Below the pieces are notes generated by a model that saw only the letters and a program-made list of their open reading frames with translations, was not told the DNA's origin and did no database searches. A stretch of 64,000 bases of DNA from Mizuhopecten yessoensis (lineage: Eukaryota), in assembly GCF_002113885.1 (NCBI RefSeq), contig NW_018408638.1:1307715-1371714 (forward strand). The letters run 5' to 3'. Below, in pieces: positions 25,970 to 38,700 of the stretch; position 1 is the first letter of the stretch; the number at the start of each line of letters is the position of its first letter. The translations under genes and the position numbers were made by a program.

Positions 25970-27110
25970 GTGGCAGTAACCATAACAACCAGTCCCTCCC
26001 CCTCCAGACCTGGCAGTGGCTTCTTCCTCTAATAGTATGATAACAAGTTACCATTACAACCAGTCCCTCCCCCTCCAGACCAGGCAGTGGCTTCTTCCTC
26101 TCAGAGTATGAGAACAAGTTACCAAAACAACCAACACCTCCCCCTCCAGACCTGGCAGTGGCTTCTTCCTCACAGCATATGAGAACAAGTTACCATTACA
26201 ACCAGTCCCTCCCCCTCCAGACCAGGCAGAGGCTTCTTCCTCTCATAGTATGATAACAAGGTACCAAAACAACCAACACCTCCCCCTCCAGACCTGGCAG
26301 TGGCTTCTTCCTTTCAGAGTATGAGAACAAGCTACCAAAACAACCAGTCCCCCTCCCCCTCCAGACCTAGCAGTGGCTTCTTCCTCTCAGAGTATGAAAC
26401 AAATTAACACCTCCTCCTCCAGACCTGGCAGTGGCTTCTTCCTCTAATAGTATGATAACAAGTTACCATTACAACCAGTCCCTCCCCCTCCAGACCAGGC
26501 AGTGTCTTCTTCCTCTCAGAGTATGATAACAAGTTACCATAACAACCAGTCCCTCCCCCTCCAGACCAGGCAGTGGTTCTTCCTCTCATAGTATGATAAC
26601 AAGTTACCATTATAACCAGTCCCTCCCCCTCCAGACCAGGCAGTGGCTTCTTCCTCTCAGAGTATGATAACAAGTTACCATAACAACCAGTCCCTCCCCC
26701 TCCAGACCAGGCAGTGGCTTCTTCATTCCAGAGTATGAGAACAAGCTACCAAAACAACCAGTCCCCCTCCCCCTCCAGACCTAGCAGTGGCTTCTTCCTC
26801 TCAGAGTATGAAAATAAATTGACACCTCCCCCTCCAGACCTGGCAGTGGCTTCTTCCTAACAGCATATGAAAACAAGTTACAATAACAACCAGTCCCTAC
26901 CCCTCCAAACCAGGCAGTGGCTTCTTCATCTCAGAGTATGAAAACAAGTTACCATTACAACCAACACATCCCCCTACAGACCTGGCAGTGGCTTCTTCCT
27001 CTCAGAGTATGAAACAAATTAACACCTCCTCCTCCAGACCTGGCAGTGGCTTCTTCCTCTCATAGTATGATAACAAGTTACCTTAACAACCAGTCCCTCT
27101 CCCTCTAGCA
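25970..27110. repeat. ~71-bp minisatellite (~16 copies)
   Basis: ACCAGTCCCTCCCCCTCCAGACCAGGCAGTGGCTTCTTCCTCTCAGAGTATGATAACAAGTTACCATTACA units. Confidence 0.93.
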
Positions 27111-28274
27111 ACACTCACCATTGGAAACCTGCAGTAGATTGCACTATATTTACTGGTAATTATATAAATGTAGCCCGACTCTGAAGTTCATGATTCACAA
27201 TACAGGCTTATATAGACTCCCTAATATTTGTGTGTATGACTTAGTGTTACACCTGATGCTATGGTTTTTACTCTTAATCAATAGCCTTGAGAGGGACTTC
27301 TCACACACACAGGTGTGAATGAATATTTTTCTCTCGTATACAGTTTTTACAAATCCAGAAAATGTCAATTCATGTATATAGAGAGAAAAATATCACATTT
27401 CCTGCCAACCTCCATGCTTGACACGACAATGTGTGGCAGTCTTCTTTGCTTCATTACAATAAAGCCATTTGAAATTCAATGTAAAATGTACTTACACCAC
27501 TGCTTAACTGCTTCATCCAGGACATTTCTTCCTGCACACACAGGTATTAAAGAAAACAATGAACCTTGTAAAGAGCTAAGCACTTAAAAAGGATCAATTT
27601 AATTTGCATATTTTGGTACTCATTCGAGCCAAATGTTATATTTCAACAGCACCTGTTGTAGGACGAGACAACGCATCACACACGGTCAGCACCAGGAGGG
27701 ACTTCTAACTCAAAACAACAATCTACAAGTACCAGACCATCTGAGGACCTTCAAAAACCGCTATTTTTACTATAAAATACAGTAACAAATTAAATCACAT
27801 ATAAAAGCATGATTCTAAGTGAAATTATATTTCCTACAATTTCTATAAAAAAAAGGAAGTAACAGGCACAGGTGTTTAAATCTTGCATAGTTCAAAAAAG
27901 CACGTGGCAGTTAAATCGAAAATAAGTTATTTCTAGTCTAACTGTCAACTTTATCATGTATTTTGTAAGAAGTTAATATCAACACGATCATGCGTTATAC
28001 ATGTCACACATATCCATGACTGAATTACACATTTTACGTCACTTGTATTTCAGATGAAATAACCTGAATACCTTTGTTACATTCCAAATGGTCTGACCAG
28101 AGTTGTTAATGAAAAGGGACCAACTTGATAATCTAATGTTGCCTTCTGTCCAGTTTTGACAAAGCCTTTAAGGCCTGTAGTAACATTTCCAGGTTTACCA
28201 GGATTCACCAGTCTGTTCACATACACAAGCTGGCCACTGTAAGCGACTGTCAGTTACACCACAACTAGAACTTG

Positions 28275-28525
28275 TGTAACACTGATCACATGATCATCAC
28301 ATGACAGCGAAGAGTGTGTGCAACACTGATCACGTGATCATCACATGACAGCAAAGAGTGTGTGTAACGTAACACTATCACATGATCATCACATGACAGC
28401 GATGGAGAGTGTGTAAAACTGATCACATGATCATAACATGACAGTGATGGAGTGTGTAACACTATCACTTGATCATCACATGAAAGCGAGGGAGTGTAAC
28501 ACTGATCACATGATCATCACATGAC
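28275..28525. repeat. ~40-45-bp degenerate minisatellite
   Basis: AACACTGATCACATGATCATCACATGACAG... units. Confidence 0.8.
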
Positions 28526-29708
28526 AAGGAACATGTTTCCTTATCACATGACTGTAATTGACTGTTTGTCCAACTAAAGTTATGTCAATAAACACTTTTT
28601 TGGGGTAACATTTGGTTTTGTTAAAATAATTGTCATGAAATATTTCATAAATATCAAACTTGTTAGAATATGAATATTTAACCTGAAAAGTGATTACTGG
28701 TAGGAACGACCAAGCTGAGATTTGCACACCTGCCCGAGTACTACATCCTCACATGTATTGCTGCAGTATTTTTAACTCTTCACCATTAAAGTCAGTGAGG
28801 TGTAACCAGCCTTTCTTTGGCTCCATGCTTTGGTAAACAGACAGTCCTTTATACAAGGCAGCGACTGGCTGAAACAGTATGGGGCTGGCTGACCTGGACT
28901 CCCCAAAGTCCTTCCGCAGCATGTCAGAGAGGTAATCAAAGCTTTAATTATATTCTTAAAGTACACAATCAAAATTATGTTCAACCAATTTGGTGATTTT
29001 ATGTTATGCAGAAGACATGATAAATAAACAACATTGCCAAACTTCAGAACATGCATAATTACTGAAGTCAAAACCAGACACCCCTCTCACAAATCTCCTT
29101 GTCTTGTCAGTTTTTCATTAAGAATACAATTAAAGTTTTAATCACCCTCTGAATTTTAGGACAGTATTAAAATTTATAATCTTATGACACTATTTTGTAT
29201 TTTGAATTCAGATTTATCATTTTATGATACTACTCTGCATTTTGGGTGCAAATAAAATATCAGTGAAAATACATGGTTATATTTATGGTAATATTCAACA
29301 CACAACTCACAGTGGTCAGGTCATAGCTGACACAGTATAACAGAGCACCATATCACATTTTGACTCGTTTCTTGTCCTTTTAGCACAAAAAATGTTACGT
29401 TGTATATGAGGGCTTCAACACCAGGATGGATGAAATGAATCATAAAATGGTTGAATGTGGCACTAAAACAAAATCTATTCAACATGCTGATGGTTTTGAT
29501 TTCATCACAGATTACAGCATATTTTAATCATCTAACCATTAAGCTGTTTATCTCCCAACAACAGTACCTAAATCCCAGTCAAACCAACTACACACTTCCA
29601 GCTCTATTCTAGATTAGCAACTATGCAGTCCGTTTGTGACAAAGGTGTGGGTTTACAGTCGGTACTGGATTATTTGTTGGAGCCTCTATACACCACAGAC
29701 ATCCACGG

Positions 29709-32700
29709 TCATACTTTTGTTTCTATGTTCTGAGTCAGTAATCTGTTCTGTTGCTGAGACTGTTGCTGTGCCTGTTGCTGTGGTATTTTTTGTTGTTGCT
29801 GTATATGCTGCTGTTGCTGGAACTGTTGCTGCTGAAGCTGTAACTCTTTTTGCCGTAACTGTTGTTGCTGATGCTGTAAATACTGTTGTTGTAGATGCAG
29901 TTCCTGTTGTTGTTGCTGAAGATGAAGCTGTTGTTGGTGATGCTGTAAATGTTGTTGATGTAGTTGTTGGTGATGTTGTTGCTGTGGTAACACATGTTGT
30001 TGTCCTGGTGATTCTATTTTGTGCCAGTGTCCTTTATTTTGGTTTCCGCTGTTTTGTGCCATCATTTTTTGTTGTAGTGCCTCCTGTAAGGCAGGTAACT
30101 GTCGCTGTAGTAGGTCATGATGTTCGAGATTCTGGGGTAAGGCTAATTGCATCGGTAACTGAGGGGGCTGCTGTTCCTTTTTACGAATATCCATTGCACG
30201 ATTCAGAGCCATACGATAACTTTCATAACTCATCACAATTTGTTCCAGTTCTTGTTTGTGTAATCTCATAAGCATGGCGTCATAATGCTCCAGTTGACTG
30301 ACGGTGAACAAGTCCCACTGAAAAACACAATCACATCACCGGTAGGTCTTACAGTACTATAGTGATTATCATCATAGTCAAGGGGAGGAATACCCTAATA
30401 TCACATCACAGGGAGGTCTTACAGTACTATAGTGATTATCATCATAGTCTGACGGTGAACAAGTCCCACTGAAAAACACAATCACATCACCGGTAGGTCT
30501 TACAGTACTATAGTGATTATCATCATAGTCAAGGGGAGGAATACCCTAATATCACATCACAGGGAGGTCTTACAGTACTATAGTGATTATCATCATAGTC
30601 AAGGCGAGGAATACCCTCATATCACATCACAGGTAGGTCTAACAGTACTATAGCGATTATCATCATAGTCAAGGGGAGGAATACTCTCATATCACATCAC
30701 AGGGAGGTCTTACAGTACTATAGTGATTATCATCATAGTCTGACGGTGAACAAGTCCCACTGAAAAACACAATCACATCACCGGTAGGTCTTACAGTACT
30801 ATAGTGATTATCATCATTGTCAAGGGGAGGAATACCCTCATATCACATCACAGGTTGGTCTAACAGTACTATAGTGATTATCATCATAGTCAAGGGGAGG
30901 AATACCCTAATATCACATCACAGGGAGGTCTTACAGTACTATAGTGATTATCATCATAGTCAAGGGGAGGAATACCCTCATATCACATCACAGGTACATT
31001 ATGTAGGTCTTACAGTACTATAGTGATTATCATCATAGCCAAGGGGAGGAATACCCTCATATCACATCACAGGTAGGTCTTACAGTACTATAGTGATTAG
31101 CATCATAGTCAAGGGGAGAAATACCCTCATATCACATCACAGGTACATTATGTAGGTCTTACAGTACTATAGCGATTATCATCATAGTCAAGGGGAGCAA
31201 TACCCTCATATCACATCACAGGTACATTATGTAGGTCTTACAGTACTATAGCGATTATCATCATAGTCAAGGGTAGGAATACCCTCATATCACATCACAG
31301 GTAGGTCTAACATTACTATAGTGATTATCATCATAGTCAAGGGGAGAAATACCCTCATAGCCCATCACAGGTAGGTCTTACAGTACTATAGTGATTAGCA
31401 TCATAGTCAAGGGGAGAAATGCCCTCATATCACATCACAGGTACATTATGTAGGTCTTACAGTACTATAGTGATTATCATCATAGTCAAGGGGAGAAATA
31501 CCCTCATAGCCCATCACAGGTAGGTCTTACAGTACTATAGTGATTATCATCATAGTCAAGGGGAGGAATACCCTCATATCACACCACAGGTAGGTCTTAC
31601 AGTACTATAGTGATTATCATCATTGTCAAGGGGAGGAATACCCTCATATCACATCACAGGGAGGTCTTACAGTACTATAGTGATTATCATCATAGTCAAG
31701 GGGAGGAATACCCTCATATCACATTACAGGTAGGTCTTACAGTACTATAGTGATTATCATCATAGTCAAGGGGAGGAATCCCCTCATATCACATCACAGG
31801 TAGGTCTTACAGTACTATATTGATTATCATCATAGTCAAGGGGAGAAATACCCTCATATCACACCACAGGTACATTATGTAGGTCTTACAGTACTATAGC
31901 GATTATCATCATAGTCAAGGGGAAGAATACCCTCATATCACATCACAGGGAGGTCTTACAGTACTATAGCGATTATCATCATAGTCAAGGGGAGGAATAC
32001 CCTCATATCACATCACAGGGAGGTCTTACAGTACTATAGCGATTATCATTCATCAAAGTCAAGAGGAGGGCAGGCATACCCTAATGTTATCATCATAGCG
32101 AACAGGTGTTTTTGGTGAGTCATACAGTAGTACATGTATGAGTAAATTTACTTTTACATAAGAAATTTTCATGAAACTATACCTTTATGACAAGAAAACA
32201 ATATCCAATTGATAAAAAGTTCTGAGTTTATATTTCAGTTTTAGAAAGAGAGTTAAAAAGTCATCCCCATGTTCATTTATGAAAATATTTAAATTGGCTT
32301 TTTAAATTGATAATAGACTTTGCTATGCATTTTATGTCTTGTTTTAAATATCAAATTCAGGAAATGCCAACCTTTAACTTGTGGTCATGTTCTGGTGCAC
32401 CTCTGGAGTAGACACTCAGCCACTGGGGGATTTCTTAAAAACAAGTACAAAGCATGTCAGAACATTTCAAACCAGCTAATCTATATGGGTATAATCAAAT
32501 AAGTCCAGCAATGGTAAGCCAGGCAAAATCAAGGTCTAAACATCCAAAAAGCTCAAGAGAAATTATTGTTTTATAATAACAAAACTTTGTATTCCAGTTG
32601 TTGCGGAACTTCTGTCAGACAGTTGGAATGTATTCTGAGAGATGATCCTTACAAACAAATTCAGTTATGCCTGTAAGACAATAAAGTAAATTTTCTAAGG

Positions 32701-35700
32701 TATAAATGAGTACCTGTATAATAAGGGAAGGATTCTTGTAAGATAACAGGGTATATGTTTTAGGTATAATAAAGTGTACCTGTATAATAAGTGAAGGATG
32801 TTTGTAAAATACCTGGGTATATGTTTTAGCTATAATAAAGTGTACCTGAATAATAAGGGAAGGATGTTTGTAAAATAACTGGGTATATGTTTTAGGTATA
32901 ATAAAGTGTACCTGTATAAAGATAAGGATTTGCAGGTACCAGCACATTTGTCTGACGAGCTGGTCGGTACTCTATCTGCTGGGGTAGACCGGGTCGTTGA
33001 GAGAACTGGAAGGCAAGGTTCAACTGAGGCATGGTCGGGGCACATGGATGCTGGTACTGTGCTATTTTCATAAAGTGACTGAAAAAAACATACAGAAATC
33101 ATGAAGTGGCTGTTAATACAATAAAGACTTTATAAAGCAAATGTAGTAAAGAATAATTTCAGCAGTTTGAAATCTTAATGTATTTTTACATTATTGCCTT
33201 TTGTTACGGGAAAGGTCAGATTGTGCTTCCTTTCGTCTTGAGCTCTGATCCTATTTTCAACTAACACATGTGGAACACACTTGTAGGATATTTATGTGTT
33301 ACAAATACGAAAGCACCCAATGACCTCTGGTTTGGAAACTACATTTTTCTACATTCCTGACAAGGAACTGCATAAAAACAAACCATAGGATGTAAATCAA
33401 ACATTAGTTAGCAGTATACAGTAGAGGGTTGTGGCCATGGGTGATATTTTTGTTAAATGGCTTACCCCTGTATAATGATATGTAACAAAAATATAAAAAT
33501 AAAACTGTACTAAATTTGGTATAAGCATGATGAAGTGGGCCATGTGAGCTTCACATTTGTAAAAAAAAAAAAAAAAGTTTTTGGTTCGAGATCAAAATTT
33601 TGGCCATAATCCGAAACATGAAAAGCTAGTTTGACAACTTTACTGGGACCGAGATCATTCTGCAACCAAGTAGGTAATCTTTAATTCCAGACAGAACTTA
33701 GGAAAACAATTACTAGTTGCGGAGGTCAAATTTTGGGTCAAAAATAGCAATTTTTGGCATTTTTTGCTATTTTTTTTAGTGGTAACCATGGTTTTCACAC
33801 AAGTGACATACATAGAAAAAAGAGGTTTATACACTTCTCAGTACTTTATATGTATTGTAAATGTAATGCAGTTTACAAATATATATACATGTATACATGT
33901 GTTGTGTAGGGTAAATCTGCTGTGTTTACATTTCCTCGACATGTGCCTTGTTTATCAGAGTCGGGCCATTTCTACTGTATACTGCTACCTTACATTTTGT
34001 AGCGGGTTCAGTGGAGTTGTTGCTCATCATTTCTATTTTCATTTGAGTTAATGTTTAGTATAGTGTTGCCTGATGTCCTGAAACATAATGTCATTTCAGT
34101 GCCTGGTTCCTCTGGCTTTTACATCAGGTCGGTGAAGACAGATGGTGGCCCTGGCCACTTTAAAGTGCCATTTATTCATTATCTACTTCCAATTCCGTCT
34201 TTGCGTATTGCAGAGTTATCTCCTCTTGTGAGCAGGTATTGATTGTTACGTCATTTGTTTGTGAGAGTAACGTCATCAATTATTAAGAAAAAAACGTAAT
34301 TTTCTCACACAAACCAATGACGAAACAATCAATACCTGCTCACAAGAGAAGATAACTCTGCAATACGCAAAGACGGAATACATAGTCTGACTGTTGGCAG
34401 CTGACATTGCCTCATTGAAATAAATAATTACTAATTTACGAACTTGCTGTGAAGGTTTTGCAAACCGATTTAATTTAAAGTAAAACTTCAGTGATTTTGC
34501 TGGACCGTCCTGATCAGTGTAAATCAAGCTGGCAATACAATTTCTGATTGATATTTGGTAATGCTATGACACATTGTTACTACAACTACTAGGATATTCT
34601 AACTAATCAGAAAATCTGCTATGTATATATTCCATATCCATCACCTATATATGATAAGACTCTGTTAGCATATTCCTGAACAACACAAAGATAACAGCAG
34701 GCCCTTAATAAAGAACTAGATTGTACCTTGGTACAGTACTCTTGTAAACAAAACAACTTTTTAAAATATTTTCATAACTTTACTTATGAAACATGTTGTC
34801 TTTTACAACCATAATTTCTAGTGAGCAAGGCCTACTTGACATAGTAGACTCCGAACTCCTTGGATTCGATCCTCTCCCAGCCCATCGGCAGACTTTCCTT
34901 CTCAAACGGGTGGCTCCAGTGGGTAGTCTGGGTGTTGTGATCAATGTAATACTTCCTTCCCCTCACCGTCCAGTCTATAGACCAGCCAGTTGGTAAGGCC
35001 ATCTCGTCTTGACCAGCGAACCCACTTGAGGCTGTGAACATTTTAATTGGTTTAAGCTCAACATTTTTAAAGACAGAATCTTGCTTTTGTCGTTAAATTT
35101 AACAGGCTATCAACCTTGTGTAAGCTTACCAATCAGAATATGAAAAGAAAGTACAATGCTTTAACCTCCTGACAGGTAATATACCCTGATTTGTTGTAGT
35201 GTTAAGCAAACCTCTACCATCTCCTAAACATTACATTGCATATCCAGCTTCTAACTGGTACCTGATCGACTTACCAGAGGATGGGACGGTGGTCTGGATC
35301 TCCTTCTGTGCGGAGGCGTGCAGGCTTTGCTTTACAATCTGTCCTCCAGGATTCTGCTGGGCGTAGTGTTTACGTATCTCCTGGTGGTACTGTTGGATCT
35401 GGTAGTTCTCATCATACTGATTATGATGGTCATTGCCATAGTTACTGTGATAATGCCCAGACATGTCGTCGTTATTGTCTGAAAGATTTGTAACATGACT
35501 TTTATAATTATGATCATATTTCCTTTTGTACATTTGATTGTTCATTACCATATTTTTGGTCTTCATTCAGGTCACTAAAAGTTGATTCTTCAATAAAATA
35601 CTATCAAAAAGCTTTAAGCTTATTTGAAAAATTGAACCTTGATATTTCATGAAACATGAAAATCTCACCAAGGTTGCTCTAAAACCTGTTAAGACCAAAG

Positions 35701-38700
35701 TAACATTCTGAGTTAAAGGTTTTTAAATCTTTACAACTTGTATAGTCCAAGCTACATACCTTCTCTGATGGCCCCCAGTCTGCTGGGCTGGGGTTGGGGT
35801 TGTTTGACCTCCTGGACCAAGTGCTGGACGGCTGAACCTCCACTCTGATAGCCAGATGACCCAGTGGTCGCACGACTAGATGTTGATCCCTGAGTACTTA
35901 GGGAGCTGTTGGACCCTGCATTAGCAGACTGGTAGGGAACACCTCCCGGTTGAGACAGATTAACATTAGGAGTATGGAAGTGTTCCCCACCCTGACTAGA
36001 CATATGAATGTTCTGTAGTCCGTGAGTGATCGGAGACACTGGTGTCTGTATGGGTTTACTTAGAGACTGTTTCTGTGGCTGTGATTTGTTGATGTGAGTC
36101 TGTACCTGACGTTCATAGGAGCTGCTTGTACTGGTGAAGGTCATCTGTGAGGTGGGAAGGACAGAGCGTGACACGGGTGGGCGGATGATGGGTTGCTGAG
36201 GAACGTAAAATGCTGGTGTCTTTGAACTCCTTCTCTGGAAGTTTGGCGTTTGTCTTACAGGAGTATGGTAATCTGTAACAACGAAAAAGATTTATTATAC
36301 AACTACCATGTTTTGTAGCTATAATGGCCATATCATATTTTATATTTAATGTGATGTCAGAACTCAGACAAAATACCATGGACTTACTAGCGACATTGCA
36401 TTAAAATAAAAACACATTTTGTCACCGTCATGTTGTCAGTATGGTGATGCTAAAGGCCTGGTGATGGTCAACCACAACATGTTTTATGTGAATATTTATA
36501 TACATTCTGACTTGAATTTACTTCCATTTCATATAAAACAAGTCTAAAATGAGATATGAAATGGAATCTCAAAAGATTCTATATTTATGATGTAAATATC
36601 ACAAATTCAAAATCACTCTATATACTCCATTACATATGTCATATATGTACTACAGTCACACCATTAATGAATATAGATATAAAAATATTCACGTTAGATA
36701 TTTTGAAAGAAGTTGTACAAATCTTAATGGCAATGGTATACATTTGTATGACAATTGTCTTTATATGATACTCTGATGGTTAAGGATATTACAAACTAAT
36801 CGAGTAGACTGTGAACATTTATAATCACAAATACTTGCAACTTATCATGATCAACATGTTCTGAATTCTTTTTTCTACGAAAAATTTAGCATAAAAATTT
36901 GAACTCAAGCAATAAATGTATTCATCACTATAGCTATTTACATAACAAAATTTACCTTGAAACATGGTGTTGGTAAGCTCATCAAAGTCAAAATTTTTGT
37001 CACTAAAATGGAAATTTATCTTTTTTCTTGAACATGGAATCAAAAAATCTTTTTATTAAAAAGTGTCAAATCCTTGGTAAAATCCATTATATTACAGGGT
37101 AGTGAGGTATGAAATTTTGACATGTTGCTGTACATCGCAACTTGTTTAAGCCTTATTAACAATCAAATTAGTCTACACCCTCCATGTGGAATTTTAAGTG
37201 TCGGTATAACGCCGCTGCCACTGATGAACGTAGAGTAGATAATGCATGTACAATGCTATAAATAAATCCAGACCAGGACACATATTGTCATGACAATTGT
37301 ATACACAACATACTTAATGAAATAAAAATAACAATGCATATATTGATGATGAAAGCTCAGTCAAACAGTTGTGGTGTAACAGAGTCATGTCTACAGGAAG
37401 TCACATGCAGACAGTAAGACTACCAGTCACCAATGCACCTTTTTCAGTATATATATATATAATACGATACAGGTTTCATTGTTCTTGAATGATGGTATAT
37501 GAACTTTCAGTCATATTATATGTAAAATAGGCTTTCACTTGGTACAACAAGCCGTAATAAATATACTAAACACTATATCACTGCATATAGTCTAAAATAT
37601 AACGGGGATTTTTGGGTATATTTTTGACAAACAAAACATTTTCTCCAATAAACTATAATTATTTTATACAACATGTTATATAAACTGCTAACATTCATGC
37701 AGTACATGTTATATTTGCATGTACCGCATTGATTTACATATATATTTTTTTCTTTTCTCTCAGAGGGCAAGCCACATGTCAAAATATAACCCTGCATGAT
37801 GAACATGTCACAATGACATTGCATTTCACATTTGAATGACACATCACCAAAATATCATACAACAGTTATGGGCCTATACATGTCATAATTAGACAAAGCT
37901 TGTTGGTCTTCCACTGAAACCCTACTGCTTTAATACAGATATGGGCATCCACTGAAACCCTACTGCTTAAATACAGATATAGGCTTCCACTGAAACCCTA
38001 CTGCTTAAATACAGATATAGGCTTCCACTGAAACCCTACTGCTTTAATACAGATATAGGCTTCCACTGAAACCCTACTGCTTTAATACAGATACGGGCTT
38101 CCACAGAAACCCTACTGCTTAAATACAGATAAATAGGCTTCCACTGAAACCCTACTGCTTTAATACAGATATGGGCTTCCACAGAAACCCTACTGCATTA
38201 ATACAGATATGGGCTTCCACTGAAACCCTACTGCTTTAATACAGATATGGGCTTCCACAGAAACCCTACTGCTTTAATACAGATATAGGCTTCCACTGAA
38301 ACCCTACTGCTTAAAATACCGATATAGGCTTCCACTGAAACCCTACTGCTTTAATACAGATATGGGCTTCCACTGAAACCCTACTGCTTTAATACAGATA
38401 TGGGCTTAATCCACTGAAACCCTACTGCTTTAATACAGATATGGGCTTAATCCACTGAAACACTACTGCTTTAATACAGATATGGGCTTAATCCACTGAA
38501 ACACTACTGCTTTAATACAGATATGGGCTTCCACTGAAACCCTACTGCTTAAATACAGATATGGGCTTAATCCACTGAAACCCTACTGCTTTAATACAGA
38601 TATGGGCTTCCACTGAAACCCTACTGCTTTTATACAGATATAGGCTTCCACTGAAACCCTACTGCTTAAATACAGATATGGGCTTAATCCACTGAAATCC

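Noticed and set aside
29636-30271. 211-aa Val/Ala-rich + strand ORF
   Set aside because: Antisense shadow of the SAV1 polyQ exon.
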